Translations under genes and position numbers: made by a program
Source of the DNA: Pirellulales bacterium
Lineage (GTDB): Bacteria; Planctomycetota; Planctomycetia; Pirellulales; PALSA-1355
NCBI GenBank assembly: GCA_963733035.1
Contig: CAVTBU010000008.1
Span: forward strand, 256,001 to 320,000
Direction of reading: 5' to 3'
Length of the DNA stretch: 64,000 nt
Notes under the pieces: model-generated
What the model saw: only the letters and a program-made list of their open reading frames with translations
What the model was told of the DNA's origin: nothing
Database searches by the model: none
Part shown: piece after piece, positions 10,518 to 23,452 of the stretch
Layout of the letters: each line of letters starts with the position of its first letter
Numbering within the stretch: the first letter of the stretch is position 1

Positions 10518-12346
10518 CCTGCGGCCCCTCCACGTTGAACCCGTAGTGTTTCACGAGGAACAGATAGCCGTAGCCGTCACCATGCCGCACCTCAATGCGG
10601 CTGGGAAGCCAACGACCGGAAAACTCCTGGAAGTGATCGAAATACAATTCGCACGGGTCGACATCCAACTCGGGCGTCATATCCATCGCGATCAGATTGC
10701 CATCGACCGGATCGCAGTAGAACCGGCACTCGACGTCGTCGTACGACGCCTCTAGCACGTCGCAAAGTCCTTCCTTCCCGGCGATCGGCATCGTCCCCAG
10801 GTACGTCACCTGCCCAAAGTTCTCGAGGCCTTCAACGAGCAACCGCCGCCACGTGGCCAGCGAAGCGAGCAGTCCACCGCTGCCAGGCGGCTCGCGATGG
10901 TTCGACAGACCGCCGGTCAGCTCCACGCGCAGTTCGCCGGCGGGCAATTTGAGCGCCGCCTCGTCCGGGGAAAACTCGAGCCGAAACTCCTCTTGCGCCG
11001 GTGAGTCCGGTGAGCGTCCACACGCCCTGGCAGTCGGCATAGCCGCCCCGACCGACGATTCCCGCCCAAACTCGCTCGCGCTCGAGTTGGTTGAAGTAGT
11101 AGTTGACGTATCCCGGCTTGGCGATGAAATGCTGTTTGACGATTTCGGGCATCGGTGGTGCCTTCTTGCGTGCCGGCCGCGGCATCGGAGTTGGCTCTTC
11201 GCCCGGCTTTCCACCTGGTTCTCCCTTTGGCAGTTCTCCCGGCTCGGGCATTGGGCCATGCGGATCCTGCTGTTCGGCTTTGATCATTTCCTCGAGTTCG
11301 ATTTGAGCATGCACTCCGCGAAGCCGCACGAGCACATCGTACCGCTCACCTTGCCGCCGAAACGATAGTGGCACGCGCCACCCGCGCGGAAAGATGCCGA
11401 GCACGTTCTTGAATTCGTTGACCGTGTCGATCGAGCGGCCACCGAAGGCCACGATCTCATCCCCGTAGCGCAGGCCGCGACGATAGGCGTCCGATTCTTC
11501 GAGTATATCGTCGACGATCACGCGGCGATTCTCATCGCTACGCACGACCGCCCCGAGCGTGGCATGATCGGCAATCCGACCGCTCTTCAGATGGCCGAGA
11601 AAATTCTTGATCTGGTTGATGGAAATCGCGTAGCCCACGCCGACATTCACGCGGCCCCGCTTTTCGAACGAACCTCGGCCGTTGATGCCGATCAACCGCC
11701 CTTGATCGTCAAACATTGGACCACCGGAGTTGCCGGGATTGATTGCGGCATCGGCCTGAATGCAGTCGGTGTATTCCAGAATCGTGCCGGCCGGATACTG
11801 GTAGCGATGCACGCCCGAGATCACGCCGTAGGCCACCGTCGGCTGAAAGTCGGTCGCCAGCAAGAACGGATTTCCGATCGTGAAGCACCAGTCGCCCACG
11901 CGCACGCGATCACTATCGGCCAGCTCGGCCGCCGGAAAATCGGTGCGGCCCAGCAGCTTGATCAGGGCCACGTCGCCGGTCGGATCGAGCCCCACAATCA
12001 CCGCGTCGTAAAGTTTGCCGTCAGCCATGCCGCATTGCATCGCGTCGCCGGTGGCGCTGGTGACGTGGAAGTTCGACAGGGCGTAGCCATCGGGCGAAAT
12101 GACGACGCCCGAGCCGCCGCCCTGTCCGCCCGGCGAGAACACCGCCAATGTTGAGGCGACGCAGCGCTTCACAACGGCAATCCGCTCCTGCTCCGCCTTC
12201 AGTACGGCCGGATCGACCTGAGCCATGCCAAATGATGGCAACAACAGCAGCGCCGCAATGGCAGCCAGATTTCGCATGCTAATCAACCGCATTCCGCAAT
12301 TCCTCCGAACGTGCTTGTCCCTGCGCCGCTGGATTAGGTCCTTCAT
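10507..12346 (-). CDS. HtrA/DegP-like serine protease with PDZ and C-terminal extension (one apparent frameshift near 10997)
   Basis: Intact triad SNFHV, DPTGDVALIK, DAAINPGNSGG; ORF 10832-12346 continues into the 10507-11259 frame; true start may be further downstream. Confidence 0.8.
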
Positions 12347-13545
12347 TTCGTCACTTGAGCGTCGCCCAGATCGAGCCGATCGCCCACGTCGAGCCCTTCG
12401 CCATAGTCGGCCAGGATTTCCAGCCGCCGGGCTCCGGCGATTTCAAGCTCCAGTGGCAATGGTGGATCGGTCCCCTTGACTTCACCGTGCCACAACACTT
12501 TGCCGTCGCCGGAAATCGTCAGACGCACGCTCCCTGTCTCACGAGTCGAGTCGTCGATACCCACGATCGTGCGGAATAATCGAAAATTGCCAGGGAGTTT
12601 GTAAACGAGCTCAGTGCGGGAAGCCAGCGCCAGGCCCTTGCGAAACACCTGGCCATCGAGCCGCAAGGGGCTTTGCTCGAAGCCGGTGTCGCGTCGGTAT
12701 TCGTAGAATCCCAGTAAGCCTTGGGGTGGCTTCTCAAAACCGAAGAGCGGAGTAAACGTCACGCTTTCCGGCTCCAGGTCGCTCAGGTAGACAATCTTGC
12801 CGGAGGAAAAATCGAAACGGGCCACGTCGACGAGCGGCATTGCGTACGTCGTACCGGCAGTCGTTGCGACTTTCAACACGTCGTCTGTCAGTTCGACCGA
12901 CCGCATGGCAAGTCGCGTTCCGTCGGTAGCTACCAACTTCCCAATGGACTCGGGCAATTCCATTGCTCCGGCCTGCGAATAAGCGATGCCCGCGATCTTG
13001 CCCAGTTTGACCGCAACCGTCTCGCCATCGAGATCGAACTGACACGTTTCGGAATTGATGTCGCGCACGACGCCTTCGAGGTAGTCGAGAGCCTCCTCCT
13101 TACGAATCACAAGCAGGTCACCGGCGGTTTTCATCTCGGTGATATCAGACCATTGCTTGGCCAGTTTCGGGTCCTGCTCGATCGCCGAACCAAACCGTAC
13201 CGAACGGACGGCCCGGGTGGGAAGCTCTCGCGACTTATCGGCGGAAATCCGCACCGTGGCCATTCCTTTCGTCACCTCGTAGCCGATGGCGGGCAGCTCG
13301 GAGCCGCCACGCAATTCAATCCACAGCGGTGCGCCACTGGGCGACACATTTCGCGGTGTCCGCGGGGCCAGAGAGGCGAGCGTCGACAACGGCAAGTTAA
13401 CTGGTCCCGAATCAGTCTGGAGCACGAGCTCCTTGGACGACAGTGCCGCCAGTTCGCCCACGACAGTATGACCGTCGAGCGCATGGGCCTGAAAAGGCAC
13501 AGTGGTGGCCAGGGTGGCCGTGATCAATACGCTAAGCATCAACAC
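12343..13545 (-). CDS. NPCBM/NEW2 domain secreted protein
   Basis: Signal peptide; YLSDLEP...LRLDGQVFRKGL...VGIDD...GDGKVLW C-terminal NPCBM pattern. Confidence 0.8.
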   Translation of the reverse strand: MLMLSVLITATLATTVPFQAHALDGHTVVGELAALSSKELVLQTDSGPVNLPLSTLASLAPRTPRNVSPSGAPLWIELRGGSELPAIGYEVTKGMATVRISADKSRELPTRAVRSVRFGSAIEQDPKLAKQWSDITEMKTAGDLLVIRKEEALDYLEGVVRDINSETCQFDLDGETVAVKLGKIAGIAYSQAGAMELPESIGKLVATDGTRLAMRSVELTDDVLKVATTAGTTYAMPLVDVARFDFSSGKIVYLSDLEPESVTFTPLFGFEKPPQGLLGFYEYRRDTGFEQSPLRLDGQVFRKGLALASRTELVYKLPGNFRLFRTIVGIDDSTRETGSVRLTISGDGKVLWHGEVKGTDPPLPLELEIAGARRLEILADYGEGLDVGDRLDLGDAQVTK

Positions 13546-13556
13546 AAGTTTAGGCC

Positions 13557-14636
13557 CTATTTCTCGACGCTTTCTTCGGTCGCAAGCTTGCGGAAGTATT
13601 GTTCGATCATATCTCGATAGTGGGCAGGGAACTCCTGGCCAATCTGTTGCAGTGCTTCGTCGCGCTGCTTGGGTGGCAAATCGCCCCAGCCGCTGCCGTC
13701 GCCCACCGGTTTGTTGGCAACTTTGCCTTCCCCCTTGCCACCCATCGGCATGCTATCTGGCAGAGGTTGCAATGGCGCATTTTGGCCGCCGCCCTGGGCG
13801 GCTGCTGCTGCGGCCGCGGCCGCTTGTTGTTGTTTTTCCAACTCCTCGATGAGCTTGTCGAGCGAGGCGATCACGCCGTCTTCGACTTCGCGCACCTTTG
13901 GGCCCGGCACGTCCCAGGTCGAGCCGACGGCGAATGTCTTCCATCCGCCGGGCAATGTGGTCAAGTGAGTCTTCCTTCAATCCCTCCAAGTCGGCTTGCA
14001 TCAGTCGGCACAGCGAGGCATATCGGCGCGGATCTCGTCTTCACGCTCGAGCAGCCGCCCGATGGCCGACAATCCTTCGTCTCGGGCCAGCGTGCGGTGA
14101 TAGACCACAGCCTGGTAGAAGAGCAGGGCGGCCGGATCGACCACATCGCCGGTTTTGAGCGTCGTTAGTTGCTCGGCGGCTTCGTCGTAAAGCAACTCCT
14201 GCACAAGCCAGCGGCCGAAGTACAGCCGCAGGTTGTTGCGCAACAGTTCCGGAGTTGCCGGTGCGCTGAGCCAGGTGACATCCGGCAGTGGCGCCGATTT
14301 CCGTGGTTGCGAGCAAAAGTCAACTAGTTCCTTGGCCTGCGGCTCGATCAAGGCGAAGGTCGCACAAGTCAGGTCCAAAAGGTAATCGCCGTCGTCTTCC
14401 ATCGTCGCCGTTTGCCAGAGTGCCTCGGCAGAAGCGCGGCCATTCATGTCGGCGCCCGACGTCTCGAGCCAGGAGAAAACCTGCTGCCGGACGTCCGCGG
14501 TGGAGGACGGCTTCCAAGTCGCGCGCTGTGCAAAGGGCTGATTCGGACGATCATCGGCCAGGACCACGACAGCGCGGCCGCCAACGACGGCCAGCACCAA
14601 GAGCAACGACAGACTTCGCAAACGACTAGCGGTCAT
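13557..14636 (-). CDS. Secreted helical/TPR-like hypothetical protein (two apparent frameshifts, ~14030 and ~13897)
   Basis: ORF segments 14001-14636, 13753-14001 and 13557-13964 join into one plausible protein ending WGDLPPKQR...FPAHYRDMIEQYFRKLA. Confidence 0.65.
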
Positions 14637-16399
14637 CGATTTCTCCCTAGCACGATGTCGCGGGTAACTTTGTGAATCCGCTGTTCCCGTTCCGCCAAAC
14701 GGCGCAGCGCTTCGAGCAATTCTGGTTGATCTGCCTGCTCCGTCTTCGTCAATTCCGCAAAACGCTTGGTCCGAGTGTTGACTCGCAATTGGAGTGCCCG
14801 GATCATCTTCAGTTCCGACAACGTATCGACGAGCGGCATTTCATTTTCGCCGCCGGCCTGCATCGGCGGGGGTTGTTGGCTTTGCTCCTGCATCTCCTTT
14901 TGAGCCTTATCCAGGGCCGTAATCATTTCCTCGAGCGCGGCGATGATGTCCTGTTCGATCCCCTGGGTCATTTCACCGATTTTGGCCTCCGCCAACCGAT
15001 CGCGCACCGTGATCATGTCGTCGCGGATCTCGACGACCGCCTCCGGAAAGGCCACGGCCGAACCTTCTTCCTGCAGCACGGCCAATGCTTTGTCGGCTTC
15101 GACGGCAATCTCCGCCTCCTTGCGACTGAGCCGGCCTGCCTCGATGACGTCATCGCGATCTCGCTGCACCTCGGGCACCTTGTCCAACCGCTGAGTACCC
15201 TCGTAGACTTGCATCTGCGCATCGAGCATCTTGCGGAAGCGGGCCTCGAGCATCGCCAACGTGCGGGCCATTTCCTCCTCGCGCAATTGCCGCAAGATCT
15301 CTTCAAGTTCGGCCTTGGCTTGTTCGAGCTCGCGCAACGCGGCTTCCTGTTTTTCGGTGGCGTCCTCACGCTGCGCCTCTTCGAGCTTCTTTTGCGCTTC
15401 CTGCATGCGCTGTTGGGCTTTCTCCAACCGCTGTTGCGCGGGGTTCTGTTCCGACTGCGGGCTTTGCTGTTCGCCTTGCGGCTGACCCGAATTTGGTGGC
15501 TCCACAGGTGGCGCACCCTGCTGCGGCTTGCCGGCCTGCGACTCACGTTCTGATTTCTCGCTTTGCTGCGACTCCCCCTCGGATTTCTCACCGCCCGAGG
15601 GTTTGCTTTCGGCCTTCTCGCCATCGGATTCTTCATCCTTTGACTTTTCGCTCTCGGAGTTCTTCTCGGCCTTTTTTTCACTTTCCTTGTCTTGCGAGTC
15701 CTCATTAGCGTCTTGCTTGTCTGGCGAGTTCTGTTTCTCTTCTTTGTCGCCGGACTTGCTCTCTTCCTCATTTTTGCCACCGGGCGTGTTCGGGGAGTTC
15801 TCCTCGCGCAGATCGTCGGCCAGCTTGCCTGTCTTGTCCGATAGGTCGCCCTGACGATCAGCCAACTCTTGGGCATCGGCGTCACGCTGCGTGGCATTCT
15901 GAACCGATTTCTGCTCCTTGATGAGCTTGTTGACTCGCTTCAGATATTCGCGAACTCGCTCCTTTTCCGACTCAATACGCTTCGATCGATCTTCGCTGAG
16001 AAGTAGCTCCAAGAGCTTGACCAAGTCGCCATGCACCTCGCTCTGGTTCTTGACGACCGCTGAAAGGCGTTCCTGCTTGAGCAACTCCACCAAGGCGTCA
16101 AACTGCTGGTCAATCGACCGCTCCTTGCTCTGGGCCACCGCCTGTCGCAAGAGTGCCGCGCGACGGGGGTCGGTGGGCGCGGTCAATTCGGCCATCCGCA
16201 ACATCAGCCGCTCGAGCTCGCGGAACCGATCGGCTACCTGCTGCTGCTTGCTGAGCAGGGGGTCCGCCGGCGCCGCGGGCGCTTCGTTGTCCGCCGCTGC
16301 AGGAAGGGACGGATCGTCCGGCTCCTGGGCCGCCACGGATGGAAGCCCAGAGAGCCACGCTCCACCGAGTACGATTGCTGCCAGCCAGGCTATTCTCAT
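14633..16399 (-). CDS. Secreted coiled-coil protein with acidic low-complexity linker (DUF4175-like)
   Basis: Signal peptide, long heptad-rich helices, E/K/S/Q-rich linker. Confidence 0.75.
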   Translation of the reverse strand: MRIAWLAAIVLGGAWLSGLPSVAAQEPDDPSLPAAADNEAPAAPADPLLSKQQQVADRFRELERLMLRMAELTAPTDPRRAALLRQAVAQSKERSIDQQFDALVELLKQERLSAVVKNQSEVHGDLVKLLELLLSEDRSKRIESEKERVREYLKRVNKLIKEQKSVQNATQRDADAQELADRQGDLSDKTGKLADDLREENSPNTPGGKNEEESKSGDKEEKQNSPDKQDANEDSQDKESEKKAEKNSESEKSKDEESDGEKAESKPSGGEKSEGESQQSEKSERESQAGKPQQGAPPVEPPNSGQPQGEQQSPQSEQNPAQQRLEKAQQRMQEAQKKLEEAQREDATEKQEAALRELEQAKAELEEILRQLREEEMARTLAMLEARFRKMLDAQMQVYEGTQRLDKVPEVQRDRDDVIEAGRLSRKEAEIAVEADKALAVLQEEGSAVAFPEAVVEIRDDMITVRDRLAEAKIGEMTQGIEQDIIAALEEMITALDKAQKEMQEQSQQPPPMQAGGENEMPLVDTLSELKMIRALQLRVNTRTKRFAELTKTEQADQPELLEALRRLAEREQRIHKVTRDIVLGRNR

Positions 16400-16424
16400 G
16401 GGAAAAGACTCTCGGGGGGATCCT

Positions 16425-18670
16425 TCACTCGATCAGACTGCGGAGATCCTTCTTCTGTTTCTGCTTGGTCTCTTGGTTTACTTGCTCCTGGTTCTCGATG
16501 ATCTGCGCAACATATCGAGCGCCTCGTTGAACGTCTCCAACTCTAACATTTTACCAAGAACGCCCTGCATCTCGACGAGAATCGCGTCGATTTGGGTCAA
16601 CGACTGAGCTTGGGTCGTCACAGCCCGGGCTGGATCGGCCAATTTTCCGCCCAGTTGTTTCAGCTTTTCCAAAAGGGGTGGGAAGCGGTCTTGAGAAATT
16701 GCCTTGAGCGGGTCGGCAATGCCTTCCTTGAGGCGGGTCTTGAGCTCCTCAGTATCGATGCGGTTGTTGATCAGCTCCAATCGAATGTCGTCAAATGCCA
16801 GGCCGAGCTCAGCCACCTCGTGCTGGCTCCGCTCGCAGTTTTGTACGACGCGCTCTACCTGCACGGCTGGCGAGAGCCGCTGAGCCGCGGAGATCTCCAC
16901 GTCCGCGACGTTGTCGTCCGCAACGCTTGCCGATGGCCCCGCGGCAACATCGGCGGGTTGCGGTTCAATTCCGGCCAATAAGTCGCGTGTATCGGTCAAC
17001 TCCTCGATCATCGTCTCGAAGCGGCGACGCAACAGCAGCTCGCGTGCTTCGAGCATCGATCGCAATTGGTCCGGCGTCACAACATCGAGCACGTAATGCT
17101 GACTACTGCCGACATTGGGTCCGCCCGGCAAGGAACACGCGTCGGCCGCCTGTACTGCCCAGTGAAGCCGCTGTTTGGGCACGAGCTTGAGATCGGCCAG
17201 CTCCATCGCGCCATTGAGCGTCAACTGCTCCTCACCGCTGGCCACGGTGTCGAACGGCCGCTGCTGGGGTTCGGCTTCGTCGACGTGATAGTCGAACCAA
17301 ATCCGCGACACGCCATAGTCGTCGGTCACCTCGCCACCGGCAGGCAGACGTGCCGCGGGAGTGATGGCCGTGCCGATCCCCTTGAGCGCGACGTTCAACT
17401 GCGGCGGTTCGTCAGCGACTGCCGATAGTGTGAGTCGCACAGCGTCGCGGCTCTTGATGCCATCGGTGTCGCTAAGTGTGAACAGCAGTGTCTTGTCAGC
17501 ATCGAGTCGGCCAATGGCAAACTGGAAATGCTCTTGCGCCTGACCCGTTTCGGCGGCGAGTTCGATGCGGTGCGTCACCGGCGCGGCCTCCTCGGCCACG
17601 TCGTCGATCTGTACGGCAACGAGGGGCTTGTTGGCTTTGGCAAGAATAGTGATCTGTGTACCGCGCGGCACCTGCATCAGGCCGGCCACCGGAATAGCAC
17701 GGGTCGAACGATGCATGTAGCTCGGATACTCGCAATGGAGTGTCATGTTGCTGATCGTGGGACTATCAACAACATCGAGAAAGTACGGGCCTTCGCGATC
17801 GTCGCCGCCGGACACGTGAAACTCCAGCGGCGCAAGGACACTCTTGAAGGAGTAGGCATATGGTTGAACCTGTCCCTCGCCTCGCGGCACTACGCCTTCG
17901 CGGCTCATGTTTTCGCGGCCACGCACACCCTCGACGGTACGATAGCGAACCTCGACAACTTCCGGGACGACATTTCCCAATGCCGCATTGGCATTAACCA
18001 CCAGATCCCAATCGCTGCCACGGGCGATCTTCACGCGTCCGCTATCGCCAAAGCCGTCAACCGAGAGATGCGTCTTGCGCGGCCAGAGTTCGCTGGACAG
18101 CAACAAGCTCCGACTTGCCCAGGTGGCAAGGGCCGAGGGAGCTGCGACGGCAAACAGGCCCACTGACAACACTAGCGCCACGGCCAGACTCGCTCGTCGA
18201 ACCAGCGGCGCGTTGTTGAACACCGCGCCAAGATGGATCTGGTTCGCACCTGTCAAGGCCTGACGATGCGCCCGAGCCAACATTTCGGGGTTAAAGTCAG
18301 CCGCATGGTCCGGTCGCTCGGACAATTCGACCGACGTCAACAAGCTGTCGTGAAATTGCACGAAACGGCGCTCCAACAGCACCGCCATATTGCGGTCGTG
18401 CAATCGAACCAAGAGGCGAGAGAACAGGAAGCGGTAGACAACGTATCCGAGCGCTGCGCCGGCCGCCGCGAGCAGCACGATGCGCAACGGCACTGGCGGC
18501 TCGACCAACCAATCAAACGCCAAACTCAGCCAGAAGGCTACACCCAACAGCACAAGCGCGGCCGCCAGGCCATCCGCCCAGACATACGCGCGAATCCGTC
18601 GGCGCAAACGGGCAAGCAGCGATTCGATCGCCGGCGCGAGCTTCGTGTTGGGTTCAACGTCGGTTGCCAT
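16425..18670 (-). CDS. Membrane-anchored Ig-like/coiled-coil protein (DUF4175-like; apparent frameshift ~16505)
   Basis: Three N-terminal TM segments, DDYG motif; the helical C-terminus continues as IIENQEQV...LRSLIE* in another frame. Confidence 0.7.
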
Positions 18671-18673
18671 GGT

Positions 18674-21138
18674 TTAAGCCAGCTTCGAAAGTCGGCGAAT
18701 GAGCCATTCGAGACACAAAACGCCGCAAACGGCGATTAGCAATCCCCGCATCCAACGGAAATCGAAATCGCGGTCAGTCACTCCCGCTAGGTAGGTTGTT
18801 TCCGTCCGGTCCTTGAGACGCGTCGCCAGGGGCGGCAACCCGCGACTGCCCAGCACGGCGTCGGCGCCGACATAGTAGGTGCCTCCGGTGCGCGACGCCA
18901 ACTCCGAAAGCAGCGAGTCGTTTCGTTGCGGGCTTTCTCGTTCGACGTCCGGCACGCGAACCTGGATGCGGCGGGTGAGCACCTCCTCGTCGCTGTCGGG
19001 CACCGGCAACTCGAGACGATACGTGCCTTCCTGCAATGCCGCGAATTGACCGACGTACATACCCTTGCGCCGGATCAAGTGTCAGCCGCAACGTTTCGCC
19101 CATGCTATCCGGCCGTGCAATCTGCAGCGCCACGCTCGGCAGGTCGAGTGGCTCGAAGCGCGCATCGCTGAGCTGCGCTCGCACGATCACCGGATTGCCC
19201 AGCAAATAGCGATCGCGGTCGACCAGCAACATGCCGCGGCTTGATCCCAACAGCAAACGCCCCTGGGAAACATGGCGGATCAGTTTCGTATAGAGTTGTT
19301 CGAAGTAACGGTCGTCCAAGGCGCAGGCGCCACATCTCGCCACTGCCCAAATAAAACACGCGCCCCGAACCGTAGAACTGTCCGGCCAGGTACACCGGCT
19401 GCTCGTTGCCGCTGGCGGCCTCGGGATCGGAATAGCGTCCGTAGACCGTCGCTCCCGGCTTCGCCCCGCGCACGCCATAGTATCCATAAACGCCGGGAAA
19501 ATCGGACCAAATCTGCTGGCTGCCGCTGCCGGTTTCCGCCAGCCACAAAAACTCAGCCTCGAAACCCTCGCGTGAAAAGTCGATCGGCCAGGGTGTTGTC
19601 GACCCAAAGCGTCCTTCCTCGAAAAGTGTCAGCCGACGATTGAATTCGACCGGATACAACCCGCGCAGCTTCGCCAGTTTTGGGTCCTGCACCCAGCGAT
19701 CCATCTCGACCGGACCGGCCAGCAGGATCAGGCCACCCGCCTTCTCGGCGACCCAACGCTCCAGCAAGTCGACTTGCGTCGGCTCCAGCTGCCTCCAATC
19801 CGGATCAAATCCAATGACACAGTCGTATTCGAACATTTCCTGGGGCGTGCTGGGAAACGTCGTGAGAATTCGATCGGCGTCCTGCGAGGCTCCCTCGGTG
19901 GCCGACTGCAGCCAGACGTCGACGCTGACTTCTTTGTCGCGCTTGAGCAGGTTGCGGAGAAAGATGTATTCGCGCGTCGGGCCGCTGGCCACCAGCAGCA
20001 CCTTCGTCTTGCGATCAACGATTTCTACGTCTACTTCCTGCCTATTGTCATTGGGGTTGCTATCCTCGGGCGGGACCTTTACGCGGAGGGTAAATACACG
20101 GCGTCCACGCTCGGCCGGCGTGATATCGAACTTCACGGGCACGACCTCGCCGCGTCCCCCAAGGGTTATCCGTTCGCTGGCTTCGAGCGTGCCTTCGTTG
20201 CGGGAATTCTCCTCGCCCGCTGGTCGCGAGAGCAATTCCACTGCCACGGTTCGGTCTGCCAGCCCTTCCGATTGCAGGTAACCGGTGACCTGAAAACTGT
20301 CGCCAGGAAAGGCACGCGCCGGAGCCACCAAATCGCTTACGCGCACGTTAGCCGGACGCCGATCGGAACCAATGCCGACCGTGTAAATGGGAATCTTTGC
20401 GTCGCGAGCCGCGGCGATCGCCACGGCCGGATCGATGCCGGCATTCTGCCCCCCATCACTAAACACGACTATTCCGGAGACCGGAGATGTTCGCTCTTCG
20501 GTAATCAGTGTGCGGAGCGATTGACCAAGTCGCGTCTCGCTCCCACGCGGCAACAAAGCGGCTTGCCAGTCGACTGCTTTTTGATCCTTGGTCGCCGCGT
20601 TGCTCGCTGGCTGCTCGTCCGGAGCAGTCGACTTCTTCGCGTCGTCCGACCTGGCCGCCGGCAGCTTGCCAAGTGTCGCCACGCGATCGAGATCGCTGTC
20701 GAATCGTGACAACTGCACGTCGTGCCGCTGCCGCAGCGTATCAAGGAGTTTCCCATCCCCGAGTACCGTCACGACCTGTTCGATACGATTGGGTGTCGCG
20801 GGTACGGCCGAGCCCGTGGAATCGTGTAGGCCCATGCTCAAGCTGGAATCGACCAGCACGAGCACTCGCGAGTTGTGAACGACTTTCCGCTCCGTCCGTT
20901 TTTCGAATTGCAGGTAAAACACAAGCAAACCGGCCAAGGCAGCCAGTCGCAACGCCAACAGCATCGCACCTACGCCACGGCGCAGTTCGACTGAGTCGCG
21001 GCGGTACATCCACACGGCGAAGGCCACGACGGCGGCGCAAATACCTGCCAGCACCAGATAGTGCCACCGTTCGGTGTACTCCTGCAGTCGCGAGAGTTCG
21101 TAGGTGGTGCGCGTTTGCGCCAGCAACGTTGGCAGCAT
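18674..21138 (-). CDS. VWA domain membrane protein with GATase-like domain (apparent frameshifts ~19322 and ~19068)
   Basis: MIDAS DSSLS, VFSDGG; ERWV..GGLILLAG; C-terminal TM LCLEWLIRRL; three ORF pieces join. Confidence 0.8.
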
Positions 21139-23452
21139 CAGGCACGTCCCTCCTTGGCGCGCGGATGATAGCTGCACGCATAGGCCAACGCCTGCTCGGC
21201 CAACAATATGCAGACCAACAGGTACAGCAGGCTCTCACCTAGATTGAACCCGGCCAATTGGTGCGGATTGTAGTTGATATCCTGGGCCTCGTGGTACTCA
21301 TAGCGAACGCCGTCAAGTTGCCCGGCCAGGGCCGACGCGTTTAGTTTCTTCAAATCGCCCTCGTCCGGTACGACGTTCACGGCGAAGCGTTCGACGAGTT
21401 CGGCACCGCCAATCTTCGTTAGCCGTGCCTCGTAAATGCCACTCGCGTCAGTCTCGTTGAGAACCGCGACACGCTCGGTTGTGTTCCCGATGTTCCGCAA
21501 GCGACTGGGCAGGAGAGATTTTCCGGCGGCATCCGAAGCCGCATCTGGCGCCGGTGGCGTATTGCGCACCGGTGGCGCGGCGTCCACCGAGAGGCTCGCG
21601 CCGCCCAATTCGCGCGGCATGACAAACCGCACTTGCGGCATGAATTGTGTCGTATCGACAGGCAGACTCAAAGGCGATCCAACCTGGCGCGTCGTATCCG
21701 GATGACGACCCTCAGCCAGGTAGGACTGCAGTTCGAGCATCGCCACCACGAAACTCGGGTTCCCGCGTGCCCAATTGTTCCAGCTTCCCAATTCCGTCTG
21801 CAGCGGAGAAGCCTTCGTCAAGAAAGCCACGACTCGTCCCTCGCCGTATTGACGCTCGACCACCAGCGGAGCTTTGTTGCGCAAGCGAGCGATGACACGC
21901 GTGCTCGAATCGGGCTCGGGCAACCAGTTTTTCTCAGCCGCAAAGTATCGATTGATCGTCACGGTGTTCAAGAAACTGTTTCGCTCACCGGCAAACACTG
22001 AAAAGATCGGATGGTCGGTCACCTCGATATCGGGCGCCTTCTCCAACCGGTCGACGATCAATTCGTCAGGACCCTGCAATGGCAGCGGAAACAATCCCTG
22101 ACCTCCGCGATACAGGCTATTATTGAAGAAGTCGGCTCGCGACCTTTCGCCCAGGAAAATCCCCAAACCACCACCCGACTCGACAAACGACTCGAGCGCT
22201 GCAATCTCGGACGCATCGAGCCGGTCGATATTTAACAGATAGATCGTTTCAAATTGATCGAGCGGATGGTCGCGCAGGTAGTTTGGCAGTTCGACGAGGG
22301 TGCGTAGACCGCTGGCAACCTTTCCTCCGGGCGACAGCGCCGACGTAAGAAAGAACGCATCCTGGGCACGCGCGTCGCCGTCGATGACAAGCACTTCCAC
22401 GGCCTTCGGTACGTCGATCACGAGCGAACGGCTGTTGTCAGCGCTGACCGCATCGGTTTGCAGGTGAGCGACGAGTTCGTGTTGGCCCGCCGTTTCGAAC
22501 AGCACCGGAAAACGCCGCATGATCGTCTTGCCTGCGGGAATTTCCTCAAAGACTACCGGGGGGCGAGCGTGGCCGTCCTCCTCCAGGGCCACCGAAACAC
22601 TCCGAGCGTCGTTCGGCCCAAAATTGCGCACCGCGATCTCAACCAACAACGGCACACCCGCAGCGCGGGTGCCCACGCCGGGCCGAAGCGTCGCCACGGC
22701 CAGATTCTGATGAACATTGTCGACGCAATTGACCAGATGCAACTGGGCGCCAGCGGAATTGACGGACTCCAGCGACTTGCGAAGTGCCACAGGTTCCTGC
22801 CACTGATTGGCGCGAAAATCGGAGACAATATAAATGACACGATCCTCGTCGTCGCCCCGTGGTGGCAAGCGACCAACCGCGTCCAGCGCCTCTTGCGGGT
22901 CGGCGGCTGTTTCCGACGGCTGCAGCGACCCGAGCACCCTTTCTAGCTTCGATGCAAATTGACCGTCGACGGCGGCCTCAAGCAGATCCGGCTGGGTTCC
23001 GCGTCCCAACTGGTGGGCGCGCGAAAGCGCAACAGCGTAAACACTTGGGGAGTATCCTGCCGTTCGGCGCTGGCGGCCAACCGGGCAATCACGCCTTTGG
23101 CTTGCTCAAACGCCGTGGTATCGGCCCAGTGATCCGACATCGAGAAGCTGTCGTCGATGAGCACGATGTGATGCGTACGGCTGCCGCCAAACAGCGCCCC
23201 CCATTTATTTCGCATCAGCGGCTGGGCAACCATCAACACGACCGCGGCGACAGCCAACATTCGCAGCAGCAGCAACAATAGTTGCTTGAATAGGATCGAC
23301 TTTCGATGGCGCTTCTGACTCTGCAGCAAGAACTCCATCGCCGCCCACTTCACACGGCGATGCCGCATCAAGTTGATGAGGTGGATCAACACTGGCAGAC
23401 CGACGAGCGGCAGCCCCCACCACAACAGCGATTCGTAGACAAAACTCGGCAT
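21138..23452 (-). CDS. BatA-type N-terminal double-TM / VWA domain protein (apparent frameshift ~23025)
   Basis: LPVLIHLIN...WAAMEFL BatA N-terminus; DDSFS MIDAS; IVSDF; C-terminal TM. Confidence 0.8.

Noticed and set aside
15480..15800. Low-complexity purine/pyrimidine-skewed tract
   Set aside because: It encodes the E/K/S-rich linker of the coiled-coil protein and is not an independent element.
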